NCBI GenBank assembly: GCA_020536535.1
Contig: JAHLWZ010000751.1
Coordinates: 113,518 to 177,517, forward strand
Source of the DNA: Pelomyxa schiedti
Taxonomy: Eukaryota > Protista > Evosea
Length of the DNA stretch: 64,000 nucleotides
Direction of reading: 5' to 3'
The notes beneath the pieces were generated by a model. That model did not search any database. It saw only the letters and a list, made by a program, of their open reading frames with translations, and was not told where the DNA came from. Below, piece after piece: positions 24,602 through 38,699 of the stretch. Numbering within the stretch: the first letter of the stretch is position 1; every line of letters starts with the position of its first letter. Both the position numbers and the translations under genes were made by a program.

Positions 24602-26977
24602 TCAGCAAGAGTATTTGGTTTCTCCAAGCCAGTGGTCTACTTCTGGGGTTGTTGTAGCCCTACCGTTCTTCCCATAGTACTGGCGAACCTCGTCGATGCT
24701 GATGCCTAGCCTGGCTGCGGTTGGTCGACCAATGAAAGCGGATTGTGCTAAAATGGGCATGAAGTGCTTTCGTATGACAGTGACATCATCGAGTGGTGGG
24801 AACATTGCCAGGAGCATGTTCCATGTATCCAGGTCGAGGCCATAAAGGCGGGGTATGAATGGTAACCAGCGGTCGAACATATCCAGTACCTTGTTGGGTA
24901 TGTGATTATTAGGTCATGGGTAGAAACTAGTCAGTAATTACTAGAACTTGTACCTCTTGAGAAGTGATTCCAAACGATGTTACGAGCCACTTGACTCCAC
25001 TTCTGTTATTCCAGTTGAGATTTCTGTACAACAAGCAATTGAAATCCCGTTTGATGTGACTAGCATTGAGACGGAATTGGATCACCAACCATTTCATGAC
25101 TTTGGTTGGGCATGAATGTGAGAACCTGTAATTATCACAGTTCAGGACCCTGGCAACTGCATCGGAAGTTAGCAGCGGTGGTGAGGAAAGTTGATTGATG
25201 GTGGACAAAAGCCACTTCAGCCTCTCAAGGCCACCCATTGACATGAATGAAACCACCATGGATTCCAACAGGGATGTTGGGAAGGATTCGCCACCATCAT
25301 CCTCCTCATGTGACAGTCTCTGTGGGTGCCGAAGAAGCTGTGAAAATTGTGCAGGAAATGCCTTTAAAACCAGTTCAAGGCCATTTGCACCCATGTTCTC
25401 GGTTGCTAAGCGGATGGCTTTGCGGACTAAAGTCACACTGATATTGGAATGCCGTGACAGGTGGTCAAGGAACCACTTTAGCCCTTCAACTTGGTCCAGG
25501 CAATAAGGGTTATTGCATATTTTGGCGAGAATAGTACCAGCAACAACATCACTGGCGTTGACTTGGTTCATGACATGGAACGTGCTCTCCAACCATTCTG
25601 CAGTTTCCGGGTGGTTGAAGCGAAGTGAACGATGGAGAGCGCGGATGAGAATGCTGGGTAAAAGTGACACCCTTGCTGAAAGCCACTGTAGAAGAGGAAT
25701 GGAAGATTTGTGTTCACACGCGAGTATAAATGAGTCTGTGGTTGCTTTGAATGGAACTGTACGGTAGACCCACTTGGTAAATTCCACACCCAGGTTGGCA
25801 CACATATGATCAACGCAGTTTCTATCTGGTGAAACTTTTAGAAACGTTGTGAGGATCCACTTCGCAACATCAGGATTCTTGACGCTTCTCAGAGTGTTCT
25901 TAATACTTTTACAATTCCACCATTTTCCATCTTTAAGCCATTTGCACAGCGGCACAGATGAATGCTTATTTTGTACCACAAAGGGAGCTATGTTCCATTT
26001 ACGTGGATCAAGGCCCTTCTCAAGCAACCACTTTACAATTGTTGGGTCCTTTCCCTCACAGGCTTGCCAAAGTACACACATGGGCGGTCGCAGTCCCGTT
26101 GCAAGGTATAGTTTATCGTACAACCATTCCACAATCTCCCGATGGCCACGAGGCAGTGCCAGTGTCAGACCTTTGGTAAGAAACCACCCTATTTGCCTCC
26201 ACTGCTCATTACTTTCCTCAGTCACGAGAAATGTGTAAACCACCCACTTAACAGTTTCGAGGTTCCCAGAAATGCACGCTTCTTTGGTGATAGAATGTAT
26301 CCAACTTGATGGTGCCTGCATCATGTAGTCTCTAGGGGAAGTTGTTGGATTCGCAATTCTGTGTATATGTCAACAAAAAAACCTGCCACGACAAGATGGA
26401 AAGACCTGTCACTGGCTCCGGAATCCGCACCCAAATTGGCATTCCTTCCCCGTTGTTCCCATTCCGGAATGAGTCTCCCGTCCCATAACGCCGGGAACGA
26501 AGGGCTCCCTCGTTCCGCCTCCTCGCCCCTCTGCCCGCCGAACATTGCACGCAACATCCTCACATTCCCAGCCCGGCACAGCCCTGACATCACCCACATC
26601 ACTTCCTTCACTGTAACACCCCTCGCCCATTGTTCCGGCTCATCATCACAGTGCCCATGGCCACTGTCATCGTATATCCTTGCATCAACCCCGCTGGGCG
26701 ATTTGGGCATGGTTTCCATTCGCGTTTTCCTGTGGCTCTTCACCAGCCAAGCGACGCAGGCAGGCGCGCCAGCCAGTGCGGCGATTCCGATAAAACGGTA
26801 GTGCGACAGGCACAGCCTGCGTTGGAAGGTGCTCGTGACTCGGCGGCAGCACAGTCCCACAATTGGGAACATCGCCTCGCCCAGTCGCAGGGTGCTCAGT
26901 ATCGAGTCCAGCAGTGGCGCCCCGCCGATCTCCTCGAAGTGCAACTCGAGGCTGGACCCGTAATTATGGCGTATCAT
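24602..26977 (-). CDS. Ankyrin-like repeat protein with N-terminal F-box-like motif (about 3 exons)
   Basis: Degenerate ankyrin units ACISGNLETVKWVV, ACEGKDPTIVKWLL, ACEHKSSIPLLQWL; PLLDSILSTL..VGLCCRRV..TF resembles an F-box; introns near 26385-26335 and 24945-24893. Confidence 0.6.
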
Positions 26978-29207
26978 GCCTTTCGGGTGGGGACCGTCGA
27001 GCCACCCCGGCACGACAACACACCCCCACACGATACACGAGACTCTAAGCATTGATGGGGTTCTGCTCGACGCCAAAACTTTTCCCGACTTCGCCAAGCT
27101 TTGGCTGTCGGTTGGCGAACACGAAACTGCATGGCGGCGGGACCTGCAAACAAAACGACGATGGAGGCAGTCAAGGTGTGCGTTGTTGGAGGAACTTATC
27201 TTTCCAACCCACGACGTTCCAACACCCACCAACAAGGCTGGAGAAGCACACCTAGACGAGTGCACCCAACGCGCCGCCGAGATCCTCGAGTGCTGGGCTC
27301 GGAAGTACCCGGGAGGCTCCGCGGCCGCCGACGCCGCCAGCCTGCGCCAGTGGGACGAGGACTCCTACGTCATCGTGGCGGGAAGCACCAACAGCGGCAA
27401 GAGCAGCCTGATCTGCAAGCTGCTAGGCGCCGATCTCGCCAAGGTCGACGCCTCCATGATCACAAACGCCACGTGGACCTACCACCACCGCGAGGCTCCC
27501 GCGCCCGACAACGAGACGCCGCAGCAGCCGAAGTTGAGCACCAACGGGGTGGAAAAGTCATTCCCTAATGTAGAGGCCCTGGTCGAACATGTACGCATTA
27601 TGGGTATGGGAACTCCTCCTTCTGAATCAGACACTACCCTTACCTGGTGACTATTTTTGGTGCATTAGATGACAGGCATCCCTTTGATGTGGCTATTGAG
27701 TTTCCGTCAGAGACTTTACGCGACCTGCAGGCGGCATTTGCTGACACACCTGGCGTGGATGAGACTAATACAGAAGGTGATCCTGTGCACATTGAAAGGC
27801 TACTGAGCACGGTTGGTGACAAGGCAGCAGTGGTTGTGTTCTTGGTCACTGCACAGTCTGGAATCCTGGGCCCGACCCATGTTAGATTTCTGAAGAAGGT
27901 GCCGAAGGACATCCCGATTGTTATCTTGTTGACTCAGGTGGACTTCTTCCAAGCTAGCCAAAGGAAAGATGTAGAAGCTGTATTGCAAAGGCAGCTTAGC
28001 CAACTCCAAAGATATTCTACGGAAGCATTGGACAGAGCCATTGATGTACTCCCAATGATGATTCTACAAGGTACGTTCCTTGAGACCGTCAACCGGAAAA
28101 CACAGGAGGCGCAGTACTGGAAGGGGTTCCTGAATAATGTCAAAGAAAAACTCAGGTTTACACTTTCGGTCTTCTTATTATGCCCTTCCCACAATGACGC
28201 TTATCAGTGCCCCCGCCCTCTTGCGGCACCAAAAGAAGTTTTTGCGAATACTGAAACAGTTCTTCGACTGTGAGACTGTCAAACTTAAACACCATGGCGA
28301 ATGCCCCATTATTATCAGTCGGCTCAAGCAGACTATTGATTCGGTAATTAGCAACCAAGTTGACCCTATTGTTCAGGTATTGACATTGCATCTTTTTGAC
28401 GAGCCAGCCTATCAACGTGCAGGATATACTGAAACTCCCATGGCGGAAATATCTCTCTCAACACCTACACGATCACCCACTTGGAGGTGGCTGGGTATCT
28501 GAAAAGGCATATGTGGAAGCAGTAGTGACATTCCTTGGTGGTTTCGCACACACGTAAGCAATCCAAATTCCAACAGAAATACCTACGCGTTTACAGTAAG
28601 CTCACGGATTTGATTTCCACTGAAGTTTCTGCTGCAGTGGAAAAGGCAGTTGATCTGGAACTACATCAGCTCCGACTCCAGGTATAAGTCGAGTTGATGA
28701 TAAAACTAAAGGGTGCAGTTAAACGTAGGATCCTTTACTGCAGGAGGCTCTCAAATTTATACTGGATTAGCCGTTGTCCTATCCGGAGGAGGTATTCTTT
28801 TTAAAGCTTTTTCGCCAAAGAGACTCGGCAGTGCCTTGAATGGCATCATTGTTAGCACCGTCGCAATTTGTGCTGGCGTTCTCAGCCTCGCGTCTCTTGT
28901 TACCAGCAACATGGTATTTTGGCGCTACTCGACCGCCAACGATCTAGCTATGGACTATGTAGTACAAAGCCTGCAGCAAGGGGCTATTAAATTGGGGCAT
29001 CAAACAAAAACGTGGCTACACATAATGCTGAATGCCCGTGTTGAGGAACTCAACGCACAACTCGACGAAGAGGAAAAAGAAAAAACTTGCATGCTGGTAA
29101 AGCTACAAGAACTTTCCAACTACACTAATGTACAACTACCCCCATGCACAATTACCAACACCACAACATCCACTACATGCACCACAACAACCGGTGGGCA
29201 CTCATGA
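26976..29207 (+). CDS. Dynamin-like GTPase with two C-terminal TM segments and coiled coil (mitofusin/Fzo/BDLP-like topology)
   Basis: G1 GSTNSGKS, G2-like ITNAT, G3 DTPG, G4 TQVD; hydrophobic pair GLAVVLSGGGILF / GIIVSTVAICAGVLSLASLV; heptads LNARVEELNAQLDEEEKEK. Confidence 0.7.
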
Positions 29208-29286
29208 ACAAAGAAAATAACTATTTTAGGTGATGGAGAGTTCTGTTGCCAAATTTATTTTATTTTTTTACGCAATCTTTTCAACA

Positions 29287-30947
29287 CTAGGCAGTACAAG
29301 ACAGTTGACCTGGGCCTGTGGGCTCATGGGCAGGGTTGTCAATGCGCTCACCAAGGTCGTCACGAATCCACGTTGTGAAGTCAACAGAATTACTGGAGAG
29401 TGTTGTTAGAACGTAGGTGCAGAGCACATGTTCATACTCGGAATGTAGGGTTATCTCTATTATCCTTGAGCCGTGGTGCATGGGCCATTCTGGGTTGCTG
29501 AACAGGTGTTTTTTTTGTTTGTTTGTGAACAGGCCTATGCTTTTGGAGTGTACCTGTATCCAAATCCAGTCTTCCGTCCATAACACAACATCAACTGTGG
29601 GTGTGCGGCAAAGGAACCACAATAGTCATTGTGGTGGTCGTGGCTAAAGGGTTGAATCAATAATTCAAAATGAGCAAAGAAAAAAAACCACACCCAACAA
29701 ACATGCCATGAATATCCCCAGACTCCAATGCAGCATCATACCTGGGTAAAGGTTACATTATGGGGAGGAAGATGTCCAATTACAAGCCAGTGTTTACTAC
29801 AGGGCAGCAAACATCTTCTCCTTTGGTGCCATATGTGACTTCGTAGTTCCATAAATCGACATACTCTGGCGTTGGGACATGCAAAAAGAATAAGCCAAAA
29901 TGAGAACCCAACTTAGCTGTTTCATTCTTGTACCACTCCACCTAATTTGTTTTTTTTTTTGGCTCTGTTGGGTTTTTAATCCTTGACTACCTGAGCTTTT
30001 GATACACAAGCATTCGAGCTGACATTCTCGCATCCCCAATTGTCACAAAGGTCACTGGGAAAAAGAATGAATAGGTAAAATTTATGGAGTCTCATACAAG
30101 AACCACAGAACTGCAACTGTTTGATTGCCGGTAGTATCATAGATAGGCAAATAATAATTTGTCACACCAGGAATATCTTAAAAATTATTCTTTATGTTTG
30201 CCAAAAGAGCCCTTAGTATTTGACCTGAAGGACCTATGGAGTACTTAGAAACCCTGATGGGGAAAGTATTCTATTACCATGAAGTGTCAGGCTTCCAAGA
30301 GATTGATCTATTTCTAATAGTTGTTCCCGGTCCAAATTACCGTCTGCATCATGATTTCCAAACTAGGTAACTTGGGTAACAAAATCTTATGAAAAAGTGT
30401 GAAGATATACTGTTGTGGCCCAGGGAATTCCCAACTCCCTCATAGGAAGAGTTAGTTTTTCCCATTCACGTTTTTCCTGTTGTTAAAAGCAACAGATCAA
30501 CATAAGAATAACCAAGGGAATGGATTTGGCACCTTATCTCCTCTGTGTTGAAATGCAGTGCCCGAGATAGCATCGCCAGTTATGGCAACTAAATCTGGGC
30601 GTTCTGTTTCCAATACTGTGTACTCTACTTCTGCATATTGTGTTGCAAATTAGGTAGGTTACGTGAATGCTTCTCAATCCCAACCAGCATTTGGTCCATC
30701 AATGACCACATCATACGCATAGTGCATATCTAGTTAGAATTGATATGAAATTACACAATAGTTTCAGTCAAAAACCCTTACCAGTGAACTGTGCAATTTT
30801 GAACCTAGGGAACGCAATTAAGTCAACTCAAAACAAGCACTGGCCGCGTAATTTATTAACAAACGTGTTTCCAGTTGTCAATGTCAGTTTTCCCAAGGTT
30901 GCATGAACTACGAAGGCAATCCACCAAAGTCTCACCAACCACCCCAT
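29287..30947 (-). CDS. Secreted calcineurin-like metallophosphoesterase, DCR2/PAP29 type
   Basis: Signal MGWLVRLWWIAFVVHATLG; FKIAQFT(D), ERPDLVAITGDAISG, FGNHDADG, FLHVP, NDYCG, GSRIIEI. Confidence 0.8.
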
Positions 30948-31200
30948 CGCCGATCAACAATCAAGCTAAGCGAACAGAAACAGGGAAACCAACTTGAACC
31001 ATCACCAAAACTCTTACTGAAGGTACTCACCTTACTACCTACTTATATCACGAGTCTTTCTCAGGTTCTGCCTTTTGGGCGTTAATAATAAGGCATCAAA
31101 CCATTTAATAAATAGATAACCGCAAACCTGAAACACAGCCACAAAGTTGCCTGATGGTTCTAAAAAAGAAGGAATGAAATTTTTTCTTTTTTTATGCAAT

Positions 31201-32391
31201 TTAGGGGAAGAGTGTGGGCATAGTGAAGGCGCTCTGAGGTGGGCGTTGAAGCGGGTTCGCCATGAGTTGTAGTGTTTGTGGCTGGTATTGCCGTGTTGAA
31301 CTGAACTCGTAGGTGTACGAATTCTTTCCTAGCCGGGCAACGAACTCCTGTAGGTAGGAGAACACTTGCTAGAACGATGTGTGGGACATGAGGCAAAGTA
31401 GAAAAGAGAAGAATAGAAAAAGAAATACCCATTAGAGGTGGGACTGAAATGAGTGGTATGTTACCTGCGTTTGGGTCGAAACACCCTCGTGCAAGTAAAC
31501 CGCATCCATGAAGAAATTCTTGTTTAGGATAAGGGGAGAAAGTATATCCTGCAGTAGATTTCCGGATTACTAACGCATTTTGGATGAGGGAACAAACTTG
31601 CGGGCCATCCCAATGTGGAGTGACTGGTCTTGCGTAGAATAATACACATCTATACACAAATTTGCTATCTGGACGAACAAACTCATTTCTAGAAAAGAGT
31701 GTCAACACTAGAAAAGAAATTAGGAAAAGTATTACAGTGATTTACAGAGCGATGCAATGTCTGTAATTGGGTTAGAGAGTACTAATCACTGAATAAAGCC
31801 ATACCAAACTTGGTGAAAGCTCCTTGAGCCTCGATTGGTATAATAACATTGCGAATAAATGCCACTGGATCTGACGACCAAGTGGAATTTGCCTGCCACC
31901 AAGATTGGATGAGGGAGGGAAATTGAAGAATGAGAAGGACATACCGGGGCCAGCCAGGTTGCTTCTGATGTGACAAAGCACAACTAAGAAACTATGAATC
32001 AAAAAATGAAAAGAAAATACCAAGCATAGGTGAAGTACAGTGTATTCATGAGCTGGATTCATACGAGTCTTCATAAGAGCAATGGTTGCAATAGTGTCTT
32101 TCACAATGTCCATCTTAGTTCGCTTGGATCTTACGGTTTTCGTACATTATATAAAACCGCCAAAAAACAAATAAATACCCCACAATGTAAAATGACAAAC
32201 AACCACACAAAGTCATTTTTTAAAAAAAAAAAAACGCCAAGGAGCATTCCCAACCCCTTGAAGTTCTTCGCCATATCGGCAGAGACGTCGAGGGCAAACA
32301 CAATTCTCTCTGGCATGAACGGTCGTTCTTCCAGTTGTACTGGTACCGTCGCAACCGCACCACCGCTCACACTCGCTCCCTGTGTACTCAT
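31201..32391 (-). CDS. BABAM1: BRISC/BRCA1-A complex member 1 (MERIT40/NBA1) homolog
   Basis: PERIVFALDVSADM, K.RMNPAHEY, CVLFYARP, FFMDAVYLH, LMANPLQRP match the recalled BABAM1 motif order. Confidence 0.75.
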
Positions 32392-32750
32392 TTTCCGAGA
32401 TTTGATCGTAATGACAGCTGTCAAACGGCTTTAGATTTTCTATCCAAATATTTAGCTCACCTCGTCGTTTTTATTATGCTTGTTGATGAGAGAAATGAGA
32501 TGAACCCTGTAAGAGCCCAGTACCAGAAAGGAGCTTCAACAGACGCAGAAAAAAAGAAACTTTGAAAGCAGAAGAAAAAGTTTGAAAAAGAACGATTTTT
32601 TCTGAAGCCATGGAATATCCACGTAGGGAAATAGAAAGTTGAAAGAGGGTAGGTCCCATGGCCCAATAAAAAAAAAGGTTGACAAAGGAACAGTGATTTG
32701 TTATTTTTTCTGTGCCAACAACCAAAGACGGCCAAAGCCTCAAAGGGCAA

Positions 32751-32902
32751 CGGGAAGGAGTGTGTCTTGGCAGGTAATAGGGTTTCCTTTTCCCCCTGGC
32801 TCTTTGTTCAAGTTGGCCAAACCAGTGGCACAACCCGAAACCAGAGGAAGGGGGATAGAGCCCTGTGCTTACCACATTCAACAAGACTCCTAGCACTTCC
32901 CG
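32751..32902 (-). ncRNA. Conserved stem-loop downstream of actin copy 2
   Basis: Stems cgggaag/cttcccg, ggag/ctcc, tcttg/caaga, ggtaa/ttacc, aggg/ccct, ctgg/ccag, gttg-gcca/tggc-caac. Confidence 0.65.
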
Positions 32903-32970
32903 TATAGCTGCCCAAGGAAGCTCTGTGGTCCGTATCTTTCCGGTTGTTGTCTGAAGGGTTTAGTGTGTGT

Positions 32971-34504
<1,534 letters not shown>

Positions 34505-34564
34505 TTCTGAGATCAACGCTTGTTTTTATCGTCGGCCTGTCGTAGCGGTGTTAGCGTCACCAAG

Positions 34565-37500
34565 ATGTTCAAACCAGACAATGTTCTCCGCAAAGCGGAT
34601 GGTTGTACTCTGTTCCGCACCTTCTTTTTTTCTCTCTCTCTGCGTTACTCACTCGTGTTATTCCTACAGAGTACGTTAGGGTGGGGAAATCTAGTGCGGC
34701 ACTTTCTGTGTTGTTAGATGTCGTCATGTTTTCGAAGAGGTTGCCCTGGTCGAAACAGCTGGAAGAAATTATGGCACGATTTCTCACTTTATGTGTGGAG
34801 TTGAGGAAGACACAACAGGCCAAAGGTAACGAAACGAATTACAAAATAAATAAATAACATCACAATAACTCTATGTATTTACAGACGGTCTGTTCCAATA
34901 CAAGGCGCTGTGCCAAATCAACAATGCCCCCAGCATTGAATACGTTGTGAAAGTGTTTTTGGATCAAGCAGAATTGAAGGCTCGTTTGGCTCAAAGCAAA
35001 GCTGACAAAAAGACCTTGGAGTCGATAGAGGATTTGGACGAAGACACCCCAAGCTTGTCTTTGCTGAGTGCAGTGAGTGGTGAGGACACCAAGGAAAGAA
35101 CTGATAGGTTGCTAGGAGTGTCAAAAATTGGCAACTATTAACTTCCATCAAGGGAGGTTGTCACTCCTTGGTTGAAGTTACTGTGGGACTCGTATCGTAC
35201 AGTCTTGGAAATCCTGAAAAATAATAACAGAATAACTCACATTTACCATGTAATTCTCACTAAAAACCATAACCCATTTGGCGCTTATATTTGCGAAAAA
35301 CAAAACAAAAATACAGCTTGTTGCACAGCAAGCTTTTCAGTTTTGTGTGAGATATCAAAGGAAGAACGAATATCGTCGTTTATGTGACATTTTGAGGTTG
35401 CATCTTGCTGCTCTTCATAAGTATGGATTGACGGTATGATGCCCGTGCAAATGCGTTCCTTATATTCACTGTGTTTCCCATTGAAAACAGCCACACGTAC
35501 CTGACCTTACTGATCCTTCCGTTTTTGATCAGTACCTTGAAACTCGTTTTGTGCAACTCACTGCGTCAATTACCCTTGAACTGTGGCAAGAATCGTTCCG
35601 CGCAATAGAGGACATTCACTTGTTGCAGCAGATGGTCAAAGGGAAGGTTTTAAAACCTCAAGTGATGGCGATGTTTTACCAACAATTGTGCAAAGTAACT
35701 TTCCTCTATTATTTGTTATTGAAACACGGTTTTCACCTGTATTTTAGGTTTTTTGGTCATCAGATAACTTTTTATTCCATGGGTATTGCACACTTGCCTA
35801 TTTCCATCAGAGTAAGGCCCAACTGAGTCCAGAGGAACTGACGATGTAACTTGTGTTTCGTATAAATTTGTTTCATTGAAAAATACCTTTTCAGCACTGC
35901 CTCTGGTGTTGTTTTGGCTGCACTGTGTGCCCCCATAGCAAGTGTTTCTGATGACGCTCCTGAGTACGATATTTGCCGGGAACGAATAAACAACATGGCT
36001 GCATTGTTGAACTTCCCTATTAACCCTTCTAGACAGTCTTTACTCCGCGAGGTGATTATTAGAAGTTGACATCAGTTAATTATGCTTACAACTCTCGTTG
36101 ACAGGTGTCTCGGGATGTGCTCCCTCTTGCGGGACAAACAGCGCAAGAGATATACTCTCTCATTGAAGGTTTCCAGCCTCTCGCTATGTGCAGTAAATTG
36201 CAAGAACCTATTCAGACACTGCAAGCACAGCCTCAACTTGCGCAATATTGCAAGCAACTGAAACACACTGCCTTCATACGCTTAATGCAGCAGGTTCCCA
36301 AAAATCTCTTTCTATCAAATCTTAGTCATGCCCTTTATAGTTGTCTGAAGTTTATGAAACCTTGCGTTTCAGCGAATTGCAAAAAATTCTTGCATCTTAC
36401 ACCTCATTTCAAGAGATGGAAGTGGTACTCTTACAGGCAATGCAGAATAAACTTGTGAATGCATCAATAGACCACTTCCGAGAGCAATTGCACTTCCTAC
36501 CCATGGTACGCCCTTAGTATTAATAGTCAGTACTTACTCTTACTTCTCTCAGCAAAGTGAGTCTGCAAGCCTCCAGGGCAATCTTACAAGATTTTCCACT
36601 GGTCTTGATAGTATTTTAAGTGCCATTGGTTCTAAACTCAAGTATATCTTCATTTCGTTTTCTTTTTTGCTTACTTACTTGTTAAAGAGAGCAAGAGGAG
36701 CAAAAGAGGGCCCGTGCGTTGGCTCGCATGACTCAACTCCTAAACACAGAACATCAAGTAAAAATTTTCCTTCTTCTTCCTCTGTATTCATATCTCCTCT
36801 CAAGGCCTTGCTTTCAAGAAAAACGCAAATCGATAATATGCGAGAAAATCTTGACAACGAAGAACAACAATTCATTGCCAGGGAGCGTGCAGAGCAGCGG
36901 CGACAAGAGTATGCTTTGCGTGAAAATGCATCAAGGTTTCTTATATTTATGAAACTCAGGGAAGAAGCTGCCAAAGCTGAGGCAGAACGGTTAGCTAAAA
37001 TTGCTGCTGAAGAGAAAGCCAAAGCCGATGCTGTAATATAACCTAACACTGTTGATACAAGAATAACTGTAAAACAGTTGGCAGCCGAACAAGCTGCAGC
37101 AGAACAGAAGAAAAAGGAGCAAGCAGCCCTTGCCCTGGAAAGAAAGAAGGCAGCACCCCCTGTGGACACGAAGTATGACAGGATGGTCAAATCGATGTTG
37201 TATTTCGAATTGAAAAAGCGGGAAGATGAAGAAGTCTTGATGATAGAACAGATCAATGAACACAGAAAAACAGACAAGGAACTGTATGCAGAACAAGTTT
37301 CTGTACGTGCAAGTCAGCTTCACATGTAGTTCTAACCGTGCGTCAGGCGTCAATAGAGCAACATAAAAAAGTTTATACTCAGGCATTTGAGGAGAAGCAA
37401 CGCCTATCCCGCATGACCAAAGATAGGGTATGTGCGTTTGACCTTAGATTTTGATTAAAGAGGTACAGGATGCCTTTGTTCAAAAAATTATTGCTGCCCG

Positions 37501-38666
37501 ACGGGAAGTCCACAACAAACAAGTTGAGGAGTGGAGGAAAGAGCAAATTGCAAAACTTACTGCAGAGTACGTGACACAAAAGCTTCTTACTCCATGTTAA
37601 CTGTACACAGAAAAGCAGAAGCAAAGAAGAAAAAGAAAGAGATTAAAGCAGAAGAACAGAAACGAATCGAGGAGCAGAAACGAATCGAAGAGCAGAAACG
37701 AATCGAAGAACAAAAACGAGTCGAAGAACAGAAACGAATTGAGGAGCAGAAACGGATTGAAGAACAGAAACGTGCAGCCCTGGAAAAGGAGAGACTCGAA
37801 GCAGAAAAAGCCAAAGGTTGTGCCGCAATTCTGTGCTCATTAATTCATGTAGAAACAGAAAAACCTGCTGTGTATCGTCCTCCTTCAAAGAGGAACACTG
37901 GGACTGGCAGGGACACATATGATAACAGGCCTCCAGGGCCCGAGTTCGACAACAGACAAGGCCGCGACTTTGATAACAGGCCTCCTCCCCCTCGTGACTT
38001 GGACAACAGACCTCGCGAGTTCGACAACAGGCCCCGCGAACGCGAGTTCGACAACAGGCCTCGCGAGTTCGACAACAGGCCCCGCGAACGCGAGTTCGAC
38101 AACAGGCCTCCAAGGCGTGACTTTGACAACAGGCCCCGCGAGTACGACAACAGGCCCCGTGAGTTCGACAACAGACCTCGCGAGTTCGACAACAGGCCCC
38201 GCGAGTTCGACAACAGACCTCGCGAGTTCGACAACAGGCCCCGCGAACGCGAGTTCGACAACAGGCCTCGCGACTTCGGCAGGGCTCCTCCACGCGACTT
38301 GGATAACAGACCACGTGACTTCGACAGTAGGGCTCCTCCTCGTGATTTTGACAACAGACCTCGCGACTTTGATAACAGGCCTCCTCCCCCTCGTGACATT
38401 GATAACAGGCCTCCCCCTCCACGTGATTTTGATAACAGACCACGTGAACCAATCAAGCAAGAACCACGTAAGTTCACCCTCTTCCATGACTTTCCTAAAC
38501 TAACACCATTTCAGAAATGCCACCCGCCAAGGAGCCAACTCCGCAACAGCCCCCAGCCACCAGTGCACCTCCCCCCGTACACAAGCCAAAACCAGCACCA
38601 AAGCCACAAACTGATGCAGATGGCTTCACCGTGGTGCCCAAAGCAAAGGGACCCCACAAAAACTAA
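34565..38666 (+). CDS. EIF3A: Translation initiation factor eIF3 subunit A (multi-exon)
   Basis: [12 protein letters not shown]|EYVRVGK..A; [21 protein letters not shown]; [15 protein letters not shown]; [15 protein letters not shown]; charged coiled coil and R/D/P repeat tail. Confidence 0.92.
37651..37772 (+). repeat. 18-nt coding tandem repeat (EEQKRI x7)
   Basis: gaagaacagaaacgaatc variants. Confidence 0.9.
37918..38445 (+). repeat. 21-30-nt coding tandem repeat (REFDNRP, about 20 units)
   Basis: cgcgagttcgacaacaggcc variants within eIF3a. Confidence 0.95.
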
Positions 38667-38699
38667 ATGACACTCAGAACTTATCCCAAAAAAGAAACC

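Noticed and set aside
37918-38445. Regular 21-27-nt repeats resembling a CRISPR array, with long ORFs in five other frames
   Set aside because: No unique spacers, eukaryotic context, in frame within eIF3a; the extra ORFs are by-products of a stop-free repeat
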